A stretch of DNA of 54,812 nt from Chromera velia (taxonomy: Eukaryota). Shown here piece by piece: positions 10,880 to 21,847 of this stretch. The stretch lies in NCBI GenBank assembly GCA_018398765.1, contig JAHBMJ010000180.1:1-54812 (forward strand). Direction: 5' to 3'. Below the pieces are notes generated by a model. That model was not told the DNA's origin. It saw only the letters and a list, made by a program, of their open reading frames with translations, and did no database searches. Positions within the stretch are counted from its first letter, which is position 1, and every line of letters starts with the position of its first letter. A program made the translations under genes and the position numbers.

Positions 10880-12486
10880 AGTTGAAGTACAGAGTATCTC
10901 GCACTATCTGCAGTTGAAGTACAGGGTATCTGGCATTATCTGCCGGGGTACCGTGCCGCGCATTGGGCCAGGCTTGGCCGGGCTTATGTCACGTATGTTC
11001 GTCAAAAGCAAAGACTTTCCTATGACGTCATCGGTTTTAAACCAATCTGTTTTGATCTCCCCTCCGCTCTGTCTTCTTTTAAAAAAGAAAACCAGAAGTT
11101 TGTACTACAAATCAATTCAGTCCGGAAAGGAAACAGACTTGTTTAAAAAGAGAAGAGAAAAGTAAGAACTGTAAAGAGAAAGAGGAGAGAGAGAGAGAAA
11201 GACACTCTAAGAGAGCGATAAACGGTGGAACAAAGAGAAAACGCAAAAGAAAGCAATTTTGCTGTATCTGAAAAAGAAACTTTCACCAAGCACGTTGAAA
11301 CTTCAGACAACGCAAAAAGAATAAAGAAGAGAAAAGAAAACCTTTTCAATTGTTAAATCATTTCGTTCTTTTTTTTCCTCCTAGCCCTCTTTCTTTAGCA
11401 CCCCCGCTCCCCCCCCCCATTTTTTTCCCATTTCTTTCTGTGCGTATCATACTTTGGATGGCATGCGAGATTGGATTCATCATTTTGGTTTCGGATTGAG
11501 AGTATTACTATTACTTTTACAGACTTCTCCAGGAGCTGTACAGACTTGAGCACAGACCACAGAGACTTACCTGTCATAAGACCTTGACACACACCTCCAC
11601 CTTACCTCAGGGTTACTTTTCTGGTCAGTAACAGGTGTAGTCTACCGGCAATTGCCGGTAACCGGTAATGGCCTCAGTCTACCTTCCTTTTACCGACAAA
11701 AAAAAAAGATAAAAATTATAGGATCAAAAAAAAAAAATTCGTCTGCGGCGCCAACCTTCAAAAACATGTTTTTAAGTGTTTGTTGACATTTGAAAAGCCT
11801 ATTAACAAAAAAAGATATATATGAATTTTATAATTTACTATAATTTCAATTATATTTTAACTGCTTTGATCACCCTTATATTAGAATGACATAAAGTTCT
11901 AACAGCTCTATCCAACAGCTACTCCCTTTTCCTTAAATTGACTCTGTTCCATCTCCTACTGTTCTGTTTCTCTGTATCAGGCCTTGAGCCGTCGTTTGAA
12001 AGCAATCAAAGTAAGGGACAAGTAATGACTTAGCAGTACTTAGCGTAGTCGGCTCCTAAGGCATACTCATCCAGAGTTCATACCTTACAGAAGTTAATAC
12101 TGTTTACAACAACATGAAGAGACTGCCTCTTGTTTGTGTCTTTGTTCTGTTTAATCCATCTGTATCTGTATTCTCATCTGTATTAATAGAATTAATAATA
12201 TAGATCCTAGGATTGACCGGCATGCATCACTTGACCTAGTGACTGTCTTACACCTTGCATACTGCCAGTTGCAACTGGACGGTAAAAGCTAGTAAAAGCA
12301 CTTCAAGTTCTTCGGACTGTGCCACCTATGATTGATTGATTGACCTATAAGGGAGTATGAATGATTATTAGAATTCTGCAAAGTCTTTTTCGACTGCCAG
12401 CAAACTCTGCCGGTAATTACCGGTTACCGGTAATGAAGCTTGTCTACCGCCAAAAAAATTGGCAACCCTGCCTTACCTTAGTTCTG
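10880..12486 (+). repeat. Copy B of the X/Y repeat, expanded by arm Z and split by a hAT insertion
   Basis: X at 10880-10995, Z at ~11015-11435, Y at 11430-11607 resuming at 12479 (TAGTTCTGT). Confidence 0.85.
11608..12470. mobile_element. Non-autonomous hAT element (863 bp)
   Basis: TIRs CAGGGTT(A/G)C; perfect 8-bp TSD CCTTACCT at 11600-11607 and 12471-12478; subterminal (T)ACCGG/CCGGTA repeats at both ends. The empty site is visible in copy A (~7521-7544). Confidence 0.92.
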
Positions 12487-13021
12487 TTTTTACTGGTTTT
12501 TACCAAAGATTCCCAATAATTCCTAAATTAGAGGGTCTTAATAATACTTAATAATGTTTTATTCTAAATCTTCTCTATTATTTGATCTAATTTAATCAAA
12601 ATCATCAATTTATCTCATTTTTAGATCCAGACTACTTCATCCACATAATATCACACAAAAATTATATCAATATTTTTTATTTTTAAAAAGAAGCTCAACT
12701 GTTTTACCACCATTATTCTTCTTACAATTTTTACTTCTTTTCATCTGATTTGAACTACTGCATCTAGCTCATAAACTTTATTTCACTTCAATTCTTAGTT
12801 GAATTCTATGTTTCAAGTTGGTTTTGTATCTTCAAAGATCCATATACAGTATAAACATTAAAACAAACCGCATATAGGAGCTTGTATCAAATAAAAAAGT
12901 AACACATCTAAACATAGTACCACCATGTAGAAGTAACCATCCATTGCCATCAAACTGCCACTTTCAAACGCAATAAAAGTAATTAAGTTATATTTTGTTA
13001 TTTTCTACTGATAGTGGTTTT

Positions 13022-16000
13022 CTATTGGCTGCGCGCTCGTGCAGCAGCCTCGTCGCACAAGCGAACAATGCAGTCGACTTCATCCATCACGACGCGAAGG
13101 CCGGGAGTCCTTCGGTTCTGCTTGTTTGGAGAAGATCCGGAGGCGGTCACTGAAAGTTTCTGTAGGTGATGCGACTCGACTCTTTGCTCCCAGCGCTTGC
13201 TTGCGTCAGTTTCTACTCGAAATACACCTCTTTCGTCCCTTCCTCCAAAATCAGGCATTAATTCGCAAGAGTGATTTCGAGCCATCTTGGAGGCACGGGG
13301 GTGGGAGTCTGAGCGCAGGGCAAAGTCTGGGAAGGACTGGCGGCTAGAGAGGCCGTGCGGGCCGTCGTGCGCGCCGTCACAGTCCAGTCGCAGGTCCACA
13401 TTCACTCCACCCCTTCCCTCCTCCTTTTGGGACCCCATCCGGCTACTGCGCCCCTCCCTCCTTGTGCCGTCGTTCGTTCTGGTTACCGCCTTCCTTCTGT
13501 TGGAGGGGGAGGAGACAGATACTTCGAGGATCGTCTGAGGCTCCTCATCCGTCTCGTTCCTCCCCCTTCTCCCATGTGAGATGTGCCCAATTTCTTCCTC
13601 TTCCTCAAGCACTCCCTCCACAGAGTGACTTCTCCTGTATCCTTTCGACCCCCGGGAAGGCGGTGCAGGTATACGGACAGACATTCGGGAAATGAGCATC
13701 TGACGTCGGGACGAGGACGAGCAGGAATCTCTCCTCTCACTCCTCTCGTCTCTGTCTCTGCCGACCGATACTGACACAGTCCTCTCCCTCTCTGTCGATT
13801 TCCCTTTCGGTGTCGTCTGCCTCAGAGCATCTCTCTCAGTCTCACTCCCATGCATCCTTCGTCTTATGCCGACCTCTCGGTGTGAGTCTGCGGGTGGCTG
13901 GCGGGAGGCAACAGAGAAAGGCGCGGTCTTGCTGAGCTGCTGGTTTCTCGATTGGAATGCAGCGTTCCAACTGGAGGGAGAAAGGGGGTCAGGGAGGTGA
14001 GAGGGCAATGGAGAAACTTGGGTGGGATGGTCCGGCAACAATCTACGAGAGGGCAAAGAGAGGCCGCCTGCGGCTGCTGCTGCTGTTGGCGTCTGTAGGG
14101 AGCACTCAGCCATTGTTCCTTCTCTGTTTGAAGATGTGAGCAGACGCTTCTGCGCGTTTTGAAGCTGTGAGGGAGAAAGAGCAGAAGGCTGGCAAGGCTC
14201 TTGTAGAGCTGGAGTGGGAGTGAGTTGAGGTGGGCCGAGTGAGGGGAGGGCACAGGATCCTCCCAGTGTTGTCGGTGCGGGTGTGGGGGTGTCAGAATGG
14301 ACGGGCATGGCGGAGACTGCCTGTGGAACCGAAGGGCTGAGCAAAGAGGGGGAACGGTCTGTTAAGGTGTAAGAGGGGTGTGCTGAAGGGGGTGTGGGGA
14401 CGATCCGTGTTCGACTTGGACGTCTTTCTTGTTCTGGTTTGGGAATGGATGGGGAGTCTGGCAGGAGGACGGGATTTTCGGACTCTTCTCTCTTCTCACC
14501 AGACTTTTCACTTTTCTCTTCCTGCTGACTTTCATTCCCCAGGACTTCGTTATGTTCCTCTCCCCTCAACGGGGCTTTTACAAGGGGTGGACAAACGCTC
14601 GAAGAGGAAAGAGAGTCAGTTGGATTGCTACTGCTTTTTTGGGTTCCGGATCCCATGGAGTCAGTTGGGTCTTTGTTAGTCAGCTGCTGGGTCTTCGAAC
14701 GGGCAGTGACAAGCTCAAAGGAGTCTGTGGCAGACGAGGCTGCTGAAGCTGAGAGGAAAGCAGAGTCATCTTCCGCGCCCTTCTCTGCAGAAGATTTATC
14801 CTCTTCATCTTTTTCGCTTCCTTTCTCTTCCTTTGCCTGCGGACTGTCCTCGGCTCTGTGTTTTCCCCCGCTCTTACTCATTTCCTCGCAGACTTTGCTG
14901 CCTTCTTCTTCTTCTTCTCCCTCCTTTTTCTGTGTGACGCTTTCGACTCCTTTCTCTTCCTTTAACTTTCTCTTCATCCCCCCGTCCTGCATTCCTTCGC
15001 CTTCTGCATCCCCATCCCCCTCCTTCACTGCTTCTTTTTCTCCCTCCATCACAAGAAGAGAGGAATCGCAGCTCGGCTTTTTCTTAACATCTTCCCCCTT
15101 CCGAGGGTGAGACGAGTCCCTCAGAGATTCTTCCAGAGACTCTAAAGCCTCGAACGAGTCGGAACCCCCGCCTCTTTGAAGACAACCGAGCGAAGAAGAA
15201 GAGGAGGATATATCAGAACTCCGGCCCGCGTGTTTTGAACCAGGCGGCTCGGCTCCCCTTGAAACAGCCGGGAGCGTTAGGGTTTTTCTTTCAGCCACAG
15301 GTGCGTCGGGTGTGACGCAGGCTGACTCTGTGAAATTTCTTACACGGTCTTCAGTAAGGCTGTCTGACCCCGTTCCTTCTCCCTCAATCTCTTCTTCTAT
15401 CTCTTCCACCTCATCGCACTCTGCTGCCTCCTTCTCCTTTTTCTTTTCCCTTGCCCCATTTGATGAAGGCGAAGAAGAAGAAGAAGAAGAAGCACTACAG
15501 GAATCTGAGGCTGAAGACGCAGAGAGCGCATCGGGAACCCCAAAATTCGCCGTCGGCACAGACCGAACGATAGTACCTGCGGCCTCCTGACCCCTCCCTG
15601 CAGTGCCAGCCCCCCTCCCCTTCCCTTCTGACGGAGGGCCGGTGACCTTGATTACTCTAGTCAGGGGGACGGGAGAGGAGGGGGCCGCTGCTGGGCGTGC
15701 AGGTGACTGTGCAGATGATTCCCTTCCCCCTTTTGTTTTGTCCTTTTCAGACGGAATTGCTGATGAAAGGGCGTTGTCACCTTCTGGCCCCTTGCCCTCA
15801 AGAGCAGCAAGAAGGAAAAGGCCACCGGGGGGGTTTACGGAAGAGGATGAAGATGCTTTTTCTCTTTCTGCTTCTTCGAGAGTCGCAGTGGGAACACTGA
15901 TTTTCTTCTCGGAAGAAAAAGAAGACGAATAGCATTCTTCCCCTTCTTCAATTTCTGCAGGTGCCTCGGGGGGGACAGAGGGGCCCCCTTGCCTGCCTTC

Positions 16001-19000
16001 AAGCGTGGTCTCTTCTTGCTTCCCCGCCTGTTTTGGCGCTTCCTTCGGCAGGACATCTGCGAAGGAATCGGAAACCTCTCTCACTGTCTTGCGCTGCACA
16101 TTCCCGACTGCTGTCTGACTATTTTTTTCCTCTATTGATGATGTCATTCTGCTGTTCAGTTGTGGCACTGCTTCTTCGATGCTTTTTTTCTCTTTTTGGC
16201 TCTCACTCTTCTGCTGGGGGTTGCTAGAAAGAGAAAGAGAGGACCTTCCTCTTCGCTGCTGCTCTTTCTGTTCTTCCTCCTTTGTTCCTTCCTCTCGGCT
16301 CTTGGTTGCTTCGGGTTGCTTCGAGTCGGGGGATGGTCCCTCTCTCCTCTTTTGTTTCTGTTCGGAACCTCTGAAAGAAGAAGCGACGCCAGAAGAGAGG
16401 AGACCGGAAGTACAAGAGGAAGAAGGCACGGGAGGAGGGGCCTCTTTCTCTTGTGTCTCTTCGTGCACAGCTAATGGCTGCCTTTCCTCGGACAGAATGG
16501 AAGTCTGGAGAGGCGGTCCAAGGGGAGTGTGGGGGACTTCTCCCTCGGGGTGGCTTTGTGTCGGCTCGGCAGCTTTCCCCGATTGGATTCGAAAGTTCTG
16601 ACCGGGAGATTTCAAGTCACTCTGTTGATCCCTCTCCCGCCCCTCGTCTTCTTCTTCTTCTTCTAAAATTGGGATTGGAAGGGAGGCAGCATCTTTTGGT
16701 CTCTCCGTGTCTGACACCTTTTGGGAATATGTCAGGCTCGGCTCTCTACCTTCCTTTTTCCCTTTCTCTTCTTCCTCTGTACTCCGACTGAAAGTCAATT
16801 CCTCCTCCGCCTGCACGATGAGGTGACCTAGCCCCGCACCAGCTCCGTGAGAGGATCTCGAGGCAGCATGGGTCTGCGGCCTTGGGGGAGGAAGTGGAGA
16901 CTCGGAGGGTGTTAGCAGTTGAGCATCCGGTGCTTGCGGCTCTTGTGCTTGCTTTTGGTGATGAGGAGACGGAGGGAGCATGGGGGGAATTTTTGAGGGA
17001 GACTGGAATGCTGCACCCCGACTTGGGGAGAAGTGGGGGCGTGTATGGGTCTCTTGGGCTCTGTCTGATGGATCCGCTGCTGTCAAAATGGAGCTTTGTC
17101 TCTGCTGAGTCGGACTCCACTCGTTTGGGGACCCCCACTTTTCTGAATGATTCTGTTGTAAATGTGTAGTCGAGTAAGGAGAGTGGCGGGAGGGGGAGAC
17201 GACAGCAACGGGACGGGGGGGCTCTCGCTGGCCCCGGAAAGCATTATTCTGTGTCGGAGAGTTGATCATGGCTTGCATAGAGAAGGCGGTGTAGGGAGCA
17301 GAGGAAATATGTACAGGGACAAAATCACTTAAACTCTCCGGAAGGGACGACAAAACAGCATACCCCTTCAGCCAGCCGTCCCTTGCAAGGCCACCCTCCC
17401 CCACTTCTCCGGCTACACCTTGGAACCCCGGTGGGCGAGACGGAAAGTCTGAAGCACCCCTGAAACCTTTCAGAAACGCTTTGACTGCCTCTGCAGCTTC
17501 AGGGGTGTCCTCCTGCCCACCCAGCGCCCCTGACAGCGCTGCAGCAGTTGTCATGGCGGGTTGAGAGACTGATTTGGCCGTCAGGGGTGATGCATCTGAA
17601 AAGGGAATCTGGGTAGACATCATCATTCTCCCACTGTCCATCATCTCTCGTTGTTGGGATGGTGACAGGGGTGCTGCCTTCATCTTTTGGAATCCTGGGA
17701 CTCGCCCCCCTTCCTGCTGTGCGAAGCTCTGCTGGGCCATTCCAAGCGCTCTCTCCTCTTCCAACCGGCCTCTGTCTCTGCGGGGAGACTTCAATCCATC
17801 AGTAATCGAGGCGGCCCCTCCATTTCTCTCCATCAATGCGACCTGCTCTTTCAGTTCATGATTTTCCTGAGAATCGAGAGGGGAGGAGAGGAGAGGAAAG
17901 GAGGGAGAGCAACAGGAAGGACAATTATGTGCCACGCATCAAACGGACGAATGGATACATGGATGGATGGAAGGACAGGAGGACAGAGAGTACTGAGAGC
18001 AGACTCCTCAGCAAGAAATGAACCTGGTGAAGAGGAATGGTGACAAAGAATGAAGATGACTCACAACGAAGTCTTGAAGGCGTCTTTCCGAGGCCGTGTT
18101 CAAGAGGAGAGATGAAAAGAGAGTGATCCGGAGGGAATATATAGGAGCTCGGCTTCACCTGGCTTAGTCATTCATCCATTCATTCATTCATTCATTCATT
18201 CATTTGGAAAGAAAGACGTTGTCGAGTGTCTAGACATTTGACTGACCACGTAAAGGCAATCACAAAGCTCTTTGTAGAGAGCCAACGCCGCGCCTGTCTC
18301 GTCCCCCTCCTCCTCCGCCCCTTTCCACCGTGCTCGGTCTCTTTCTCTTTCCCTTTCCAGGTCCTCCTTGGTGCATCCCACTCCACTCCCACCCACTGAA
18401 CGGGAGGGAGGATCCACCTTGGCATCGAGAGTGCTCACAGCTGTTTTCTCTCTTTCATTTCTGCGGCGATCAACTGCTCCAGGCACCCGGCGGCTCGTCC
18501 AGACACCGGCCCTGTTGGGCAGAAATGGGGATTCGAAAGTACGCGCCTGCATCTTGCTGGAGGAGTCTTCCGCCTCTCCGTGTCTCTTCATCATGATTTG
18601 TTCCATTGCAGAGACGGGAGGGGAATTTGAAGACGCTCTCGGACACAGGACACGGTGCACCTCCCGCAGGAAAGTGAGGAGACACGATGCGGAATCCGGT
18701 GTAAGATCAAAAAAGAGTGAGAGAAGTGCAGGCAGAGCGGCAGGCTGCTCCTTTAGCCTCGCATCTCCGCTGGCCACTTCCACAAGAGCGGACGACCGCG
18801 CTCGGTCAAGTAGGGGAGCTGCATGCAGTGCGAAGTCACGCCAGGGATTGGACGGTGAAAACAGAAAGAAAGGGAGGTAGGGAGGGAGGGAGGAAACCTC
18901 CAAATAAAAAGTAAAAGAGAAGATCGATCAAAGGCATGGACGCGGAGAATAACCAGAGAGGGAGTGCGGGCCAGGGAGGCAGAGAGAAGAAAAAGTTCAG

Positions 19001-20643
19001 AGAAGAGAAGTGAACGAAACGGAAGAGAAGAGAGGAGAGGATCTCTGGGACACTAAGCCGGGCAGCTCGTCGGAGAAATATCTGTTTGTGAACAAGGGAG
19101 TCCAGTTAGGAATTTCGTCTCCTTCCATGAAACTCCTTTGCAAGTGGAAGAGGCGAGAGGCAACAAGCCCCTCACATTTCACGCCACCCGCATGCACATG
19201 CCAGTGAGAAGATACCGCCTGCCTGTCTGCCTGCTTGACTGACTGACCGAGGTCGTCACAGATTTTGACTACTTCGCCGAATCTGAACTCACGCCCGCCG
19301 CCCTCCCCGTTGCCTTCCATCTCCCCTTCTTCTTCCGTCTCTTCACGAGGCCGGAGAGCGTCACAGGACTTCCACTGACGACACAGGGCCCTGAAGGAAC
19401 TGTCAAAGAATTTGTCTGCCTCCTCGACAGACTTCAGGGAAAAAGGCTTTGCGGACCTGAGATGAGAAAGACGGAGGGGAGGGGGGGTGCAGAATGATGG
19501 TCGACGTCGACCGAAAAGTGAAGGTCGCTCCCACGATGCATGTATATTCACAACAGAAAGAAACGAAATGCAGAAAGAAAGCAGAGGCGAGGGCACAGGC
19601 AGCCTCGAGGCGCAACCTCCCTTTCTGGCTGTCACACTCGTTCACTCAGTCCCTCGTATACTCACTTACCCATTCACTTACCCATTCACTTACTCAATCA
19701 CTCACTCGCTCACTCACTCACTCACTCACTCACTCACTCACACACTCGCTTATCTTCACACACTCGCTCACTCATTCACTCACTCACTCCCTCACAAACT
19801 CATTCACTCACTCCCACACATTCACTCACTCCCTCACACACTCATTCACTTCGCTCACTCACCCACTCGCTCATATTCACTCACTCACTCACTCACTCAC
19901 ACACTCATTCACTTCGCACACTCACCCACTCGCTCACATTCACTCACTCACTCACTCACTCACTCACTCACTGACCCGACAGCTTTGATGGCATCTCCCA
20001 CGAGGGCATTCAGATTCTCTTCAACGTCTCTCCATTTTGCATCCACGCCCAATCCTCCCTCTTTCCGCTCCACTCCACTCTCGCCCTCTTCCTGCTGTAT
20101 TTCCTGAAGAGTCCCGTCCCCCTTCCCTCCCGCAGTTCCCTCACGAGAGAGAAACGAACGGGAGATGTTGTCCGCTTCTTCCTCTTGCGGACGCAACACT
20201 TGCAAGAGGCTTCTCTGAGAACTGAGAGAAGGTGCGCCTCCAGGGGTCATAGACGGAGGGGGCACGAAGGGAGAGAGGGGGAGGGCGCCTCCAGACGCTC
20301 TCAAAGGATCAAGGGCGTTGATTCTTCTGTCCCCATCCCCATGTTTCCCTGAACCTGCAGTCGTCCTCAATCCTTCTGCACTTCCGTAGAGAACGAAGTG
20401 GGATCGATCTGCATCAACGGTTGGTCTCTCCCTGTACTGGACTGGGGATGCCTCTTGTCCACCCGTTGGCCTGCCACTCCTATCGTAGGAAACCCAGAGT
20501 GAGGCTCTGTCTGAAGGATCCCTTTTGAGCAGAGAAGGTTGAAACGGACGCGAAGACAAAGAGACAGACCCAGTCATACCATCCCTCTCTCTTTGTGAAA
20601 CAAAAGGCTTGCGAGCCGTAACCTTTCTCAGACCCTCTGCCAT
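13022..20643 (-). CDS. Large multi-exon hypothetical protein, mostly S/P/E-rich low complexity
   Basis: Exon 1 (20643-19976) splices in phase to an exon starting at 19456. Further exons lie at ~18860-18250 and near 18000, and a ~4.85-kb last exon runs 17867-13022. Internal boundaries between 19250 and 17870 are uncertain; no domain recognised. Confidence 0.7.
19660..19975 (-). repeat. Degenerate (GAGT)n intronic microsatellite starting at the splice donor
   Basis: About 310 bp of CACT/CATT repeats on the + strand; produces spurious THSL-repeat ORFs. Confidence 0.9.
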
Positions 20644-21039
20644 TTCGTGAACGCAGTGGACAGCTTGCTGATTTGACAGTAGTCTGTACTCTGTAAATCA
20701 TACCATCTTGTATGCCTGATTGTGTTGCACGTCACTGCAGATATGCGTTGAACTTAAGATGCCCAAGCGAGATATGCGTGCTCTCTCTGCCCAAGTTTCG
20801 GTCCATGTTCGGCTGGGGGTGGTAATGTTCTGTGTCATCACTGCTGTTCAATAGGACTGCTGCATTCAAGACTAGCTGTCACTGGCATTGACTTGCATGG
20901 CATGTTGACCAATAAGATCATAACTGCGTCACTCTGCGTGATATATACGTACTGCGTCGCTTGTCTGTTGTTTCAGAACGAGGGTTCGTGGATTTTGCTT
21001 GTATGCATGAGCGATTATAATATACTCGCGCGTATCGGT

Positions 21040-21600
21040 CGACTGCATGCAGCAAAATGCTTTGTATTAAACATATGGCTTATAATTACGGGATACACCC
21101 AACCAGTTGGGTGAGTGCCTCGGGGGGCTATTTAGGGGTCCGCTAATTGATGCACACCATCGGGGGCTTGGGCATGTCTAAGTTGTGTACTGCCATGGGG
21201 CGGGGGCCACGGCAGCGAAGTATGCTTTTCGGGACCGCGCGCGCGTTGTATGCATGTGCAACTCCGTGCGAGTTACTTGAGGGGCACGCATGCGCAAAGT
21301 GATCGCGGCTCCGTGCGAGTTGCTTGAGGGGCACATTTTGGAACTCGGGCGACACCGACCGTGCATGACGGAGACAGAACCGATCCCCCCCTCAAAAATG
21401 AAAAAATGCGTTATGCGAGTGCGTGCGATCTCAGGGCCTCTCGGCTGATCTCAGCAGAGCTGAGCTGCCCCCCGAGGCGATATAGGCGCGGGCCCCGCGC
21501 GGCGTCGGATGGCCTCTGCGGGCCCTCTGAGCTTCTGAAATGCCGGGGCCCTCCCTCCTGCAGGCAGCGCTCTGTATTGACGTGCATGCATTCTTTTCCA
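21040..21600. promoter_or_regulatory. Putative divergent promoter between the large hypothetical gene and the AMT gene
   Basis: TGCATGCA at ~21045 and ~21583; GC box GGCGCGGGCCCCGCGCGGCG at ~21485. Confidence 0.4.
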
Positions 21601-21847
21601 ACAAATTAATTCTGACCTATAGCTGTATGTTAATATATGCATGGTATAAGCTAGGTTGTTGTATATACACACGAACGACACCCTCCAGACGCCTCGATCA
21701 CGTAATTGGTGAAGATCCGGGAGACCATTGAAGTCATACAAAAGGCTGTCTTCACGCTTTTCTTCTGCTTGAGACACTTCTTTGCTTGCCGAAGCGTCTT
21801 TCCATACAAACAACTCCCAGTCACCTACAGACCAGCAGCCAACCAAG

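Larger units (their letters stand above)
9255..11435. repeat. Inverted repeat pair Z (~420 bp): left arm 9255-9303 plus 10494-10878, right arm ~11015-11435
   Basis: 10502-10878 is the reverse complement of ~11015-11390. The match continues on the far side of the hAT insertion (GGGGGTGCTGAAGAAAGAGGGCTA vs TAGCCCTCTTTCTTTAGCACCCCC). Confidence 0.9.

Noticed and set aside
10534..11349. Duplicated ORFs MKRFSFLFFILFALSE.. resembling secreted peptides
   Set aside because: They start at TTG and lie in the two T-rich arms of the inverted repeat; there is no evidence they are coding.
12487..13020. Possible decayed AT-rich viral or Polinton-like ORF on the minus strand
   Set aside because: Many stops and no recognisable motif, so it cannot be supported by eye.
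19487..20107. THSL-repeat ORFs on the + strand
   Set aside because: They are the antisense reading of an intronic (GAGT)n microsatellite.
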